57,026 nucleotides of DNA. Origin: a virus. The stretch lies in IMG/VR virus record IMGVR_UViG_3300006162_000001; one strand, given 5' to 3'. The notes beneath the pieces were generated by a model, which saw only the letters and a list, made by a program, of their open reading frames with translations, did not search any database and was not told the origin of the DNA. The position numbers were made by a program, and so were the translations under genes. Below, piece by piece: positions 24,604-32,781 of the stretch (position 1 is its first letter; every line of letters begins with the position of its first letter).

Positions 24604-24738
24604 TCAATAGCTTTGTCTGGCTGGCCCCTTCACGATTTTCCACTTCTGTGGATAACAGACCGAAGTCGTTTTATTGGGAAGGGTCATACAGGATGATAAA
24701 AAAAGGATGATGGCGCAAATTGTGTATATCTTTTTCAT
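24604..24738 (-). CDS. Small putative lipoprotein (44 aa, internal start of track ORF 24604..24816)
   Basis: MKKIYTICAIILFLSSC has a lipobox-like LSSC. The ATG at 24738 lies 2 nt after the upstream stop (24741). Confidence 0.5.
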   Translation of the reverse strand: MKKIYTICAIILFLSSCMTLPNKTTSVCYPQKWKIVKGPARQSY

Positions 24739-24740
24739 AT

Positions 24741-24974
24741 TCAAGTTTTTACAAGGTATCCCGTTCGTTCTTCTTCGTTCGGGCGAAGGTTGTGCTGGGA
24801 AGCCCGTCCTTCCCACCAGGCAAATTTGAAGATTTCCTGGATCGTGAAGCTGGGATTCACTGTCCCCGCTTTGATCTTAGCGTAAGCCCGGCGATAAACC
24901 GGCGTATTGGCGAATTCTTTAAAGCTGTCATCCATCAGGTTTTCTGGATAAATCCGCTTCGTCCGTTCACACAT
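24741..24974 (-). CDS. Hypothetical protein
   Basis: 77-aa ORF with ATG start overlapping the upstream gene by 8 nt. Confidence 0.55.
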   Translation of the reverse strand: MCERTKRIYPENLMDDSFKEFANTPVYRRAYAKIKAGTVNPSFTIQEIFKFAWWEGRASQHNLRPNEEERTGYLVKT

Positions 24975-25203
24975 GTTTGTTTATTTTAGATTCGTGAATA
25001 ATGACGTATTCGATTTTCGTGGTCCCTTCATAGTCCTGGATTATTGGCTGGATCTGTTCCTGGACTGTTTTCAGGCAATTCTGGACTTCCAGGTCCCGGG
25101 CCTTGGCTTTGTCTTCCCACCAGGTAAATCGCTTCGTGTCGGCCTTAAGGGCCACCTTCCAGATGAATTTCAGTTCATTGTCCACCCAGCATTCGATTCT
25201 CAT
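24967..25203 (-). CDS. Hypothetical protein
   Basis: 78-aa ORF with ATGA-type coupling to the upstream gene. Confidence 0.55.
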   Translation of the reverse strand: MRIECWVDNELKFIWKVALKADTKRFTWWEDKAKARDLEVQNCLKTVQEQIQPIIQDYEGTTKIEYVIIHESKINKHV

Positions 25204-25604
25204 TTTTCCAGGGGTTTATTTGTTTTAGACCATTCTTCGAATCCTATCAGTCTGGCCATGCCGTTATGGTCCTGATAGCAGACCCAGGCTTCCCCGCCAC
25301 AGTCATGACAGTCCTGAAGGCGGTCCCACTGGGCCCGTTTCATCCGGTCGCCCTTCTTCTTCACTTCGCAAAGGACTGGAAGACAATAGGATTCCACCGA
25401 ACGGATATTGCAAGTGTATCCCTGAATATCCGGCCATCCCGGCTGGACCTGTCCCCGGTGGCCCTTCCTGGCGGGGATATTGTTCACCCGGCGGACACGC
25501 CACTTCCAGATCCGGAACATTTCCAGGGCGTAGGCGGTAAGATCCGAAGCCGTCAGATCCGGCTTCTTCCATTCGCTTTCCAGAAGGTTAGGCTGATAAG
25601 TCAT
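25200..25604 (-). CDS. VRR-NUC domain nuclease (putative)
   Basis: GWPDIQGY...LCEVKKKGDRMKRAQWDRLQDCHDCGGEAWV fits the PD-(D/E)xK VRR-NUC pattern (G.PD ... E.K ... Q). Confidence 0.55.
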   Translation of the reverse strand: MTYQPNLLESEWKKPDLTASDLTAYALEMFRIWKWRVRRVNNIPARKGHRGQVQPGWPDIQGYTCNIRSVESYCLPVLCEVKKKGDRMKRAQWDRLQDCHDCGGEAWVCYQDHNGMARLIGFEEWSKTNKPLEK

Positions 25605-25873
25605 GGTTCAAAAAGTTTTTCATCGTTTATCAATTTGCCTTCGGGTGTGAACATTCTGGCATTAACCACAGCCAATCCACGGGTGTTCAGCTGTCTGTCA
25701 GCTTCGGCGTGCATGGCTTTGTCAATAACCTTCCACCTTTCCCCATCCAGAATTCGGTCACTCAACAAAAGAACTGTGGTAGGATTGTCATAGTTATCCC
25801 TTATCTGGATAATCGCCATTTTAAGGTTATGAATGGCGTGATGAAGACTTTCCACTAATTCATCGTGGGTCAT
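25601..25873 (-). CDS. Hypothetical protein (start moved to first ATG)
   Basis: The track start 25894 is TTG and overlaps the upstream gene. The ATG at 25873 (MTHDELVESL...) lies 10 nt after the upstream stop. Confidence 0.5.
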   Translation of the reverse strand: MTHDELVESLHHAIHNLKMAIIQIRDNYDNPTTVLLLSDRILDGERWKVIDKAMHAEADRQLNTRGLAVVNARMFTPEGKLINDEKLFEP

Positions 25874-25883
25874 ATTTTTGTTT

Positions 25884-26654
25884 TTATGGTTCAACTTTTT
25901 CGTTTATACACTTGTCGAAATAGACAGAAACGGCATATTTCCGCCTTAAATTCCGGGCCAGGATGTTCACCTGGTCGTCAGTCATGTTTTTGATCATCCG
26001 GTAGTGTTCCGGATCCCCGGCTGACCGGGCCCGAAGGATGTGGTAAACATGTTCCTTTATCGTCACCTGGTCGGCGTCCGTCAGGACGATCTTCTGTTCC
26101 CGGGTCAGGTATTCGAAGACTTCCACCGGGATCAGGTCTATCTTCTTCATGTTCTGGTAAACAAAAAAGGCGATCTGGACCATTTCTTGGTCCGTGATGG
26201 GTTTAGCTGGCTTCGCTGGAAGTTTTGGCTGGTTTATCCTGGCTTCCAGATTAGATACTTCCATCCGGCGTTCCAGGTAGGGGATCATAATTTTATCGAT
26301 TAATCCCAGGTTCAAATTCGTCCCGTAAGCTTCCACGCTGGACGGCTGTTCCCGAAAGACGTATTCAATTTCTTCCACTGTGGTGTTCCCGTATGATTCC
26401 ACCATTTTCTTCTGGAACTGGTCCAGAAGAAGGATTAAATCATCCCCCGAAGGAAGACGCCATCCGGTGACCACATGGATAAGCTTTAAAAGCCGTGGCC
26501 CCCATTTAGAAATTTCCTTATCGTCCATCATGCCGATCTGCTTACTGGCATATTTCCGGTTTACGATCGCCATTTCTTCAATGGTCAGACTGGGCTGCAA
26601 TAATTTTAGATAATTCGCCTGATCCGGTGATTTTAACTGAAGTTGACTGTCCAT
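25884..26654 (-). CDS. Hypothetical protein (replication-module position), start uncertain
   Basis: The track start 26723 is TTG. The ATGs at 26654 (MDSQLQL) and 26573 (MAIVNRKY) are alternatives. It overlaps the 3' end of 26578..27324. Confidence 0.5.
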   Translation of the reverse strand: MDSQLQLKSPDQANYLKLLQPSLTIEEMAIVNRKYASKQIGMMDDKEISKWGPRLLKLIHVVTGWRLPSGDDLILLLDQFQKKMVESYGNTTVEEIEYVFREQPSSVEAYGTNLNLGLIDKIMIPYLERRMEVSNLEARINQPKLPAKPAKPITDQEMVQIAFFVYQNMKKIDLIPVEVFEYLTREQKIVLTDADQVTIKEHVYHILRARSAGDPEHYRMIKNMTDDQVNILARNLRRKYAVSVYFDKCINEKVEP

Positions 26655-27324
26655 TTTTAGAAAATTTTTCTTTGTTTCGTTTCCACCTTTCCAGGCGAAG
26701 ATTCGTTTCCCATGTTTTTTCAAGCTGGAATTTCATTTTCCCAGATGGCGTCTTTTCCCGCCAATAATCAAAAAATTCGCGCAAAAGAAGTTTTTCAAAA
26801 TTGCTTTGGAAGGTGACCAGTTCATTAAAAAATTCATCTTCAGACCAAAGCTTAAAGGATTTTTTTTCTGGGAATAATTCGGCGAACGCCGCTTCCTTCC
26901 CTTCCATTCCCTTCCTTTCCCTTCCCTTCCCTTCCCTTCCTGTCGTCCTTGGTGTTTCCGAAGTGTTTCCAGGTTGTTTCCGAAGTGTTTCCTTAGAAAC
27001 ACCAGGGAATTCGCTTTTTGTATCCGCTTCGCTTCCAGTGATTCTTTGGTGTTTCTCAAAGGTTGTTATCTGAATGATTTCCACGCCATTAACTTCATAC
27101 CTGGTAATAAATTCAGATTCATGAAGTGCCCATAAAAGCTGATCCACATCCACATTATCGTAAGGAAGAACTTGAACCTTTATCCTTTTTGGACGATCTT
27201 CCAGCCGTCCGTCACGATCCGCCAATGTCCAAAGACCAATAAAAAGAAGCCGGCAAAAAGGATCTAATTCTGCTAAATCTTCATTTTTAAAAAAATCCGG
27301 CTTGATTGTTCGTATCCTGGCCAT
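26578..27324 (-). CDS. Putative DNA-binding / replication-associated protein with an internal low-complexity linker
   Basis: The N-terminal MARIRTIKPDFFKNEDLAELDPFCRLLFIGLWTLADRDGRLEDRP is a conserved-looking prophage motif. The linker GREGKGRERKGMEGKE is encoded by a pentanucleotide repeat. Confidence 0.45.
   Translation of the reverse strand: MARIRTIKPDFFKNEDLAELDPFCRLLFIGLWTLADRDGRLEDRPKRIKVQVLPYDNVDVDQLLWALHESEFITRYEVNGVEIIQITTFEKHQRITGSEADTKSEFPGVSKETLRKQPGNTSETPRTTGREGKGRERKGMEGKEAAFAELFPEKKSFKLWSEDEFFNELVTFQSNFEKLLLREFFDYWREKTPSGKMKFQLEKTWETNLRLERWKRNKEKFSKNGQSTSVKITGSGELSKIIAAQSDH
26897..26941 (-). repeat. Pentanucleotide microsatellite (TTCCC)n on plus strand = (GGGAA)n on the coding strand, about 9 units with 4 perfect (26917-26936)
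   Basis: Read directly: ttccc ttcca ttccc ttcct ttccc ttccc ttccc ttccc ttcct. Confidence 0.85.
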
Positions 27325-27540
27325 CGATTATATGCAAATAAAAACCCGGCAGGTTCCTGTTCCTAATGGTGCTTTCGTACCACAACCGGATTTCCACCGA
27401 TTTACAGGCCCTTGCCGGGCATTTAAAAAAAGTTTTTTCATTGCGAAAGCTTTTAGGAACCACGAAAGTCAGAAATGTTTTCCAAAAAACGTGTGAATTA
27501 TATATTTTTTTTAAGAATTGTGTAACTGTCAGGCTGTTTT

Positions 27541-27798
27541 TTACTTTATCGCCTTTTCGAATCTTCCGCATGCCACCCAGTTAGCACGCCAGTCTGAAGC
27601 TTCAGAATGGCTTTGTCTGGCCAGGTTGCACTTGAAATATTTGCCGCCATACTTCCGGATGAAATGGACGCAATCCTTACACTTCTGGCCGCCCTTGGCA
27701 CCATATAAAGCGACCAGCGTCTTATGCTGGGCTTCCGCCAGTCTCATGTCCGGCCGCTTATTTTCCGGAAGGCTTTCTTCTCCAAATAAATCCGTCAT
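27541..27798 (-). CDS. Hypothetical Cys-rich (zinc-ribbon-like) protein
   Basis: 85 aa: KCKDCVHF...FKCNL...WVACGRF. Confidence 0.55.
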   Translation of the reverse strand: MTDLFGEESLPENKRPDMRLAEAQHKTLVALYGAKGGQKCKDCVHFIRKYGGKYFKCNLARQSHSEASDWRANWVACGRFEKAIK

Positions 27799-27929
27799 AA
27801 ACGATCATTATTCCACGTTTTAAAAAATGAATTACCAGGAAGCTTTTGAAGGGGTTCGGATAGCGGTAAACCTTTATCAAAAACTGTTTCCTTCGATATC
27901 TACTGAAATATATTTCCATGGTGCAGGGT

Positions 27930-28235
27930 TTACATAATAGTTGAAAGACCGTACAGCCCCAGTCCGCCTATCCAGCCGATCTGGTAGTAAAAAAAGTCTT
28001 CTGGGCTGGACTGTCTGATTTCTGGAATTTCATGCTTTATATCCCAAATGAATTCCTTCCAGGCGGTGACCAGGATATAAGCCGGGATCGCTATCCACAG
28101 CCAGCTGGGCCGGTGGAAGGTTACGAATAATAGGGTATAGAAGCCACCCGTCAGCATGTGGGCGTTCTGGCTTATCGAATTCAGGGATGCCATCAGGGTC
28201 TTTTCCAGGTTTGTATTAAAGTTGAATCGTTTCAT
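27930..28235 (-). CDS. Membrane protein (3 TM)
   Basis: Hydrophobic segments GGFYTLLFVTF, WLWIAIPAYILVTAW and IGWIGGLGLYGL. Confidence 0.55.
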   Translation of the reverse strand: MKRFNFNTNLEKTLMASLNSISQNAHMLTGGFYTLLFVTFHRPSWLWIAIPAYILVTAWKEFIWDIKHEIPEIRQSSPEDFFYYQIGWIGGLGLYGLSTIM

Positions 28236-28618
28236 AATTCCATTTTTGACTGGCCGTTATTCTTAAGCTGGTACAGGTAGGCTTCCGCCCTTTTCCGGAT
28301 CATCCGGATCTTCGTTTCCCGCCCTTCCAGGGACATGATCCACCGGTATATTTCAGACGGATCCTTCGAAACATAATAACCCTTTGAAGACGCCACCAGG
28401 CCCAGAACCAGCCCTTCGTCCCGGATATAGGAAATGATCTTCCTGACCCGGGCCCCCGTCATCTTTATCTCCCGGTCGTGGAACCTGGCGATGATCTGTT
28501 CTGAAGTCACGGCATTTTCAGGGCCGGTGTACTTCAAAAAAGCTTTCACGAATCCCGGGACCAGCGCCTTTTCTTCCTGGGTCAGATCGTGGGTCTGTGG
28601 CTCAAATCTTGGCAGCAT
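28232..28618 (-). CDS. Putative winged-helix DNA-binding protein
   Basis: TSEQIIARF...ARVRKIISYIRDEGLVLGLVASSKGYYVSKDPSE resembles a wHTH recognition helix plus wing. Confidence 0.4.
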   Translation of the reverse strand: MLPRFEPQTHDLTQEEKALVPGFVKAFLKYTGPENAVTSEQIIARFHDREIKMTGARVRKIISYIRDEGLVLGLVASSKGYYVSKDPSEIYRWIMSLEGRETKIRMIRKRAEAYLYQLKNNGQSKMEL

Positions 28619-29229
28619 TATTTTTTCTTTTTCTTTTCACTATTCGCCTGGTGGATAGCTGGTCCTATAATTCCCTTCTGATCAAAAGCGGATCCTGGTT
28701 CCGGTTCCAGTACGGCCACCGCGGTCTTCGACTTGTCGCCGTTTTCTGACGGTTCCGGAAAATCCATGGCCAGCTGGGGATCCGGCGCTTTCTTCCCCCC
28801 ACGGCAAAGGATGGCTTCCTTCATAATCGCTTCCACCTGGAATTCCAGATCCGTGATGTGATGGTAAGCCGTTTCGGAATCGTCAGTGAATCCGGCGAAA
28901 AGAGTGTTCACCAGGACAGACTTCCCGCTGGGGGTCGTCTTCAGGCCCGTGATCACCACCCCGGGGGCGTCATCATCGCCGCCGATCGATATCCCGGTGA
29001 CGGTGAAGTCTGTCACCGGGTCTTCGTCATACTGAAGGATGTTCGGGACCTGTTTAATCTTCACGTAATCGGACAGGACAGCGAAGTGGATCCGTAGTCC
29101 AGCCATGGCGTCCTTCAGGTCCTTATGGACTTCGGTGGTATGGTCTTCCTTTACCGTGGTGCCGTCATCTTCCACGAATTCGATGGACATGGTTTTCCCT
29201 TTGACGATCTTAACTTTTTTTACTTCCAT
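28618..29229 (-). CDS. Hypothetical protein
   Basis: 203-aa ORF. The ATG start and stop are coupled to neighbouring genes. Confidence 0.6.
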   Translation of the reverse strand: MEVKKVKIVKGKTMSIEFVEDDGTTVKEDHTTEVHKDLKDAMAGLRIHFAVLSDYVKIKQVPNILQYDEDPVTDFTVTGISIGGDDDAPGVVITGLKTTPSGKSVLVNTLFAGFTDDSETAYHHITDLEFQVEAIMKEAILCRGGKKAPDPQLAMDFPEPSENGDKSKTAVAVLEPEPGSAFDQKGIIGPAIHQANSEKKKKK

Positions 29230-29240
29230 GGGTTTGTTTT

Positions 29241-29780
29241 TTATTGATTTGATTGTATTCTATTTCTGTATGAAAGAACACTTGCGCATTTTCTGGAACA
29301 AGTCGCATTTACATTTCTTGGTGGAATAAATTCAGCACCACAAACAACACACTTCCTGATTTCGCCCGTTTTGCAGAATTTCCTGGTTTTAAAATTATGA
29401 TTTTCCTTACCACTTCCGCTTGTTGGTTTTGCGTTCCCGTGCTTATATCCGTGAAGGATGTTTTCAGACTGGGTACACCATTCCAGATTTGAAATCGAAT
29501 TATCAGAAGGAATTGAATTTTTGTGATTAACAACGTTTTTACCCTTTATCATAGGGATAAAAGCTTCAGCGATCAATCTATGAATAAACACACTTTTCCC
29601 TTGAATTAATACAAAATAATACCCCTTATTGCTGACACAAATAGACAAAAACCGACTTCTTTGACGTAAAACCCTACCATTTTTTTGGGTAATATACCTA
29701 TCGATACTTCTTACCCCTCCCTGGTCAGATATTTCATAAAATCCACTAAAACCATTAATTTTTCTCCATTCTTCATTCAT
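29241..29780 (-). CDS. HNH homing endonuclease with N-terminal NUMOD4 motif
   Basis: WRKINGFSGFYEISDQGGVRS (NUMOD4) and VVNHKNSIPSDNSISNLEWCTQSENILH (HNH_3). Confidence 0.85.
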   Translation of the reverse strand: MNEEWRKINGFSGFYEISDQGGVRSIDRYITQKNGRVLRQRSRFLSICVSNKGYYFVLIQGKSVFIHRLIAEAFIPMIKGKNVVNHKNSIPSDNSISNLEWCTQSENILHGYKHGNAKPTSGSGKENHNFKTRKFCKTGEIRKCVVCGAEFIPPRNVNATCSRKCASVLSYRNRIQSNQ

Positions 29781-29790
29781 ACTAAATGAT

Positions 29791-30054
29791 TTATTCGTTT
29801 CCCGGTAATGTAAGTGGGAATCCCAGGTATTCAGAACAAAATTTCGCCACCTGTTCGATTCCCAGATCCTTCAGACCATTCTTCACCTGGGGAATAATGT
29901 AGGCCCAATAAAGGGCGTTCTGTCCCTGGGATCGCTTCTTCCCCTTCGCTGACCGAAGGGTCCAGCTTCCGTCCGTGTGATTCTCAAAGAACTTCCTAAC
30001 AGCCCCTTTATTCGTGATCTGGCCCTTTTCGATATGGATGATCATAACCGGCAT
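29791..30054 (-). CDS. NinB/Orf-like recombination mediator (N-terminal similarity only, short)
   Basis: KKRSQGQNALYWAYIIPQV parallels lambda NinB NRSLDQNRKLWACLGDV. 87 aa, compared with 146 for NinB. Confidence 0.4.
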   Translation of the reverse strand: MPVMIIHIEKGQITNKGAVRKFFENHTDGSWTLRSAKGKKRSQGQNALYWAYIIPQVKNGLKDLGIEQVAKFCSEYLGFPLTLPGNE

Positions 30055-30215
30055 TACTTTCGGGTATTGATTTCGATCTTACCCAAAGAAATTATAATAA
30101 TGGCCGAAACAATACACCAGCCCATTCTGGTCCCGTCACGGGTGGCGAACCATATCCCAATGGTCAATAAGATCACAAAAAGGGTAGTAAAAATCCAGTT
30201 AATTATAAATTTCAT
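30054..30215 (-). CDS. Small membrane protein (53 aa, 2 TM, below the ORF-track cutoff)
   Basis: MKFIINWIFTTLFVILLTIGIWFATRDGTRMGWCIVSAIIIISLGKIEINTRK*. The stop overlaps the next ATG (TAATG). Confidence 0.5.
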   Translation of the reverse strand: MKFIINWIFTTLFVILLTIGIWFATRDGTRMGWCIVSAIIIISLGKIEINTRK

Positions 30216-30226
30216 TTCACGCTGTT

Positions 30227-30862
30227 TTATCCGCCGTATGGTAAGTCAGACGGTTCAAATTTTTCGCCTTTTGCCGCTTTCGCAGCCGCCAGAAGCTTTT
30301 CTTCCGTGGCTTTGGAAACCTTCATGGCCATCTTTATCTTTTCCAGTGTCGTGGTCCCGGCGACCAGCTTCTTCACGGCCCCATCGAATTCTTTGGTCCC
30401 TGCATTCATCCATGGGATTTCGGCTTTTTGTGCCGCCGCCGGTCTGGGTGTCGGGGCCGCCTTCGTCACCGGCTGGGAAGCCGTTTCGGCGTCATCATCT
30501 TCGATGTTCAGTCCCAGGATGGCCGCCAAAGCATAGCGCCGCATGTACGTCAGGGCGCTTCCAGCCCCTTGCGGATCGTTTCTGGCCGGCGTCATGTTAT
30601 ATGTCGCCTGGATGAATTCGCCGCTGGTGTGCATCAGGATAGTCGTCAGGGCGTTTTCCCCGTCAGGGAACTGGACGAAAGACAGATCGCTTTCCCCCAG
30701 GGCGTCCGTGATGGCTTCCAGGATGGCGGACAGGGAAGCGTAGTTGTTCTTAAAATGGGGATTCTGGGAATCCTTTTTGATCACGTCCACCTTCACATGG
30801 AAGACCATAAGGGCCCGGCTGATATTGCCGATCGTGGGGGACTTTGTTAGATTAGGTTGCAT
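30227..30862 (-). CDS. erf: ERF-family single-strand annealing recombinase
   Basis: VIKKDSQNPHFKNNYASLSAILEAITDAL...DPQGAGSALTYMRRYALAAILGL are typical ERF motifs. Confidence 0.8.
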   Translation of the reverse strand: MQPNLTKSPTIGNISRALMVFHVKVDVIKKDSQNPHFKNNYASLSAILEAITDALGESDLSFVQFPDGENALTTILMHTSGEFIQATYNMTPARNDPQGAGSALTYMRRYALAAILGLNIEDDDAETASQPVTKAAPTPRPAAAQKAEIPWMNAGTKEFDGAVKKLVAGTTTLEKIKMAMKVSKATEEKLLAAAKAAKGEKFEPSDLPYGG

Positions 30863-30873
30863 TCGTATCGTTT

Positions 30874-31125
30874 TTAAAGTTTTTCGTAATTCTTATTGAC
30901 CCACCAGTCCGCAAAGCGGACAATGTGCTGGCGGGTCTGTTCGGAAAAATATTTGTAGGTGATGACACTTTTGGGGATCCAGAACTTGTAATCGTGGCGC
31001 TTCTTCTTCGGGATAAAACAAAAGGCGTCCTTACTGAAGTCGTGACAGATCAGGACTGAATTCGAATTCAGGTCGAAGACTTCCTGATTATACGTGATGG
31101 ATCCGATTCCCGGCTGTAAATTCAC
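30874..31125 (-). CDS. Hypothetical protein (GTG start)
   Basis: 83-aa ORF with no in-frame ATG. GTG at 31125. Confidence 0.45.
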   Translation of the reverse strand: MNLQPGIGSITYNQEVFDLNSNSVLICHDFSKDAFCFIPKKKRHDYKFWIPKSVITYKYFSEQTRQHIVRFADWWVNKNYEKL

Positions 31126-31178
31126 GGTATGTTTGTTTTTTATGCGGCCATAGGCGGTTCGTCCGCCATAGGCCCTTT

Positions 31179-31679
31179 TTAATAATCTGGGTGCATGTGC
31201 ATAAGAAGGTATCGGGTAGCATGTTCACTAAGATTATAGTCACGACCGATTTTCTTAAGCTTTTCTGATTTCGATCTTTTAAAAATCACATTAAGATCGT
31301 TCATTGATATTTTAATAAAATTTCTGACAGGCAAAGATTTATTTTCATTCTGTTCTTTTATAGTCGCCCATCTAAGATTTAAAATATTGTTATTCAATGG
31401 GTTTCTATCGATATGATCTATTGATATCCCGGGAATTTCTGGCTTGTCTTTACCGAAATGAGACATAACGATTTGATGGATCGGGAAATCCTTTTTACCA
31501 TGTACGTTTATTAATACAATATTACCAGCCGTCACAACCTTTTCGCCATTTTTTCTTTTCCGGGTTTTTATGTGAACGGCTAAAATTCTTCTGGTATGAT
31601 AATTCCGGATTCTTCCCGAATTGCTTATCTGATATTTTGGGAAGCCCTTAATGTTTAGCCAGATTTCCTTGTTTTTCAT
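31179..31679 (-). CDS. HNH homing endonuclease with N-terminal NUMOD4 motif
   Basis: WLNIKGFPKYQISNSGRIRN (NUMOD4) and IDHIDRNPLNNNILNLRWATIKEQNEN (HNH). Confidence 0.85.
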   Translation of the reverse strand: MKNKEIWLNIKGFPKYQISNSGRIRNYHTRRILAVHIKTRKRKNGEKVVTAGNIVLINVHGKKDFPIHQIVMSHFGKDKPEIPGISIDHIDRNPLNNNILNLRWATIKEQNENKSLPVRNFIKISMNDLNVIFKRSKSEKLKKIGRDYNLSEHATRYLLMHMHPDY

Positions 31680-31686
31680 GTATTCA

Positions 31687-31815
31687 TTATTTTCTGAAGG
31701 ATCCGTTCTTCTTATCCCTTCGCTTTTCGTGGTAGCGGACCACGAAAACGTAAAGCAGAAAGCAAAAGATCCATCCGGTGGCCAGAATAAAAATGGCCTG
31801 GTTTTCTGGGATCAT
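31687..31815 (-). CDS. Small membrane protein (42 aa, below the ORF-track cutoff)
   Basis: MIPENQAIFILATGWIFCFLLYVFVVRYHEKRRDKKNGSFRK*. The ATG overlaps the upstream stop (ATGA). Confidence 0.5.
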   Translation of the reverse strand: MIPENQAIFILATGWIFCFLLYVFVVRYHEKRRDKKNGSFRK

Positions 31816-32069
31816 AAAACTTCGAATTCATTGATCCTATCGTAAAGGTCGTCCCCCAGGATCCGGTTCATCAGGGCTGGATTATCCTGGATGGATTCTT
31901 TGATCTGGGTGACGATCTGGTTCATCGGCGCTTTGTGCTGGATGGCATAGATCACAGACTGACCCACGGCGGACTGGTCATCCCGGAAATGGGATTCCAG
32001 ATCCAGCATAAGCTTAAGCTTTTGGAAGGATCCCGCCAGATCACGGGATTTACAGATGATCACGTTCAT
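31812..32069 (-). CDS. Hypothetical protein
   Basis: 85-aa ORF with 4-nt overlaps on both sides. Confidence 0.55.
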   Translation of the reverse strand: MNVIICKSRDLAGSFQKLKLMLDLESHFRDDQSAVGQSVIYAIQHKAPMNQIVTQIKESIQDNPALMNRILGDDLYDRINEFEVL

Positions 32070-32344
32070 TTTTTATTTGTTAGGGTGAAAAAATGCTGAA
32101 GGGCGGCGGTCTGGATTTCATTGAATAATTCCCAGCACCCCTTATAAGTCAGGACGGGAAGGATATCGGTCCCATCAAATTTCGCCGATGTGATCTTCAC
32201 CTTACTGGTCTGGTCTTTTTTATCCACATAGCCAGACGCCTGAATATCAATATTGTTATCAGGCTGAAGTGTGAATATCTTCCCGCTTTGATGGAAAGAA
32301 TTAATGGTGAAGGGGAAACTAAAAAAAATAACTTTGTTCCGCAT
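32066..32344 (-). CDS. Hypothetical protein
   Basis: 92-aa ORF with ATG start. Confidence 0.55.
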   Translation of the reverse strand: MRNKVIFFSFPFTINSFHQSGKIFTLQPDNNIDIQASGYVDKKDQTSKVKITSAKFDGTDILPVLTYKGCWELFNEIQTAALQHFFTLTNKK

Positions 32345-32375
32345 GATGTTATAATTGAATGGTTAGTTAATTAGG

Positions 32376-32399
32376 GCCGGAAGGGTAGGATCTTCCGGC
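32376..32399 (-). other. Stable hairpin (8-bp GC-rich stem) without a clear T-tract
   Basis: GCCGGAAG (32376-32383) / CTTCCGGC (32392-32399), 8-nt loop. Lies between the small-ORF stop (32404) and the next start (32344). Confidence 0.5.
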
Positions 32400-32403
32400 T
32401 CTA

Positions 32404-32508
32404 CTATTTTCCGAAAAAGAAGACCATGGCCATCGCAAAAAGCAGAATGCAAAGCACGAACCAGCCGATGATCTTAAAAAGGGTGAATAAAATATTTAGC
32501 ATTCTCAT
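32404..32508 (-). CDS. Small hydrophobic peptide (34 aa, below the ORF-track cutoff)
   Basis: MRMLNILFTLFKIIGWFVLCILLFAMAMVFFFGK*. The ATG overlaps the upstream stop (ATGA). Confidence 0.45.
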   Translation of the reverse strand: MRMLNILFTLFKIIGWFVLCILLFAMAMVFFFGK

Positions 32509-32687
32509 GGTGATATTTTTTCATCTTGAACTTGCTTCTGACGGATCACTTCATTTTTAAGAACTTCGTCACACCACGCCCCCACATTTAATTTTTTCCC
32601 GCAAAAATCCTTAATCATCCCGTGGGTTTCCGGCGTAATCTTTATGGATCCGGAAGCTGTTTTTTTCTTTTTTGCCATAACGATCAT
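32505..32687 (-). CDS. Small basic protein, possible RHH-type regulator (start moved to first ATG)
   Basis: The track start 32723 is TTG. The ATGs at 32687 and 32678 give M(IVM)AKKKKTASGSIKITPETHGMIKDF... Confidence 0.4.
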   Translation of the reverse strand: MIVMAKKKKTASGSIKITPETHGMIKDFCGKKLNVGAWCDEVLKNEVIRQKQVQDEKISP

Positions 32688-32781
32688 TTCAATGCAATTT
32701 AAACAATTTCCAAACAATTCCAAATATTTCTAAAAATATTTTTATTACCGATATCGCTTTTTCTTCATAGGGGACGGAAAT

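Noticed and set aside
27325-27540. The 216-bp non-coding gap upstream of the putative replication protein could be an origin of replication
   Set aside because: It contains A/T tracts (aaaaaaagttttttc, tatatattttttttaag) but I could not find iterons or a clear DnaA-box-like repeat. It may simply hold a promoter, so it is not reported as a feature.
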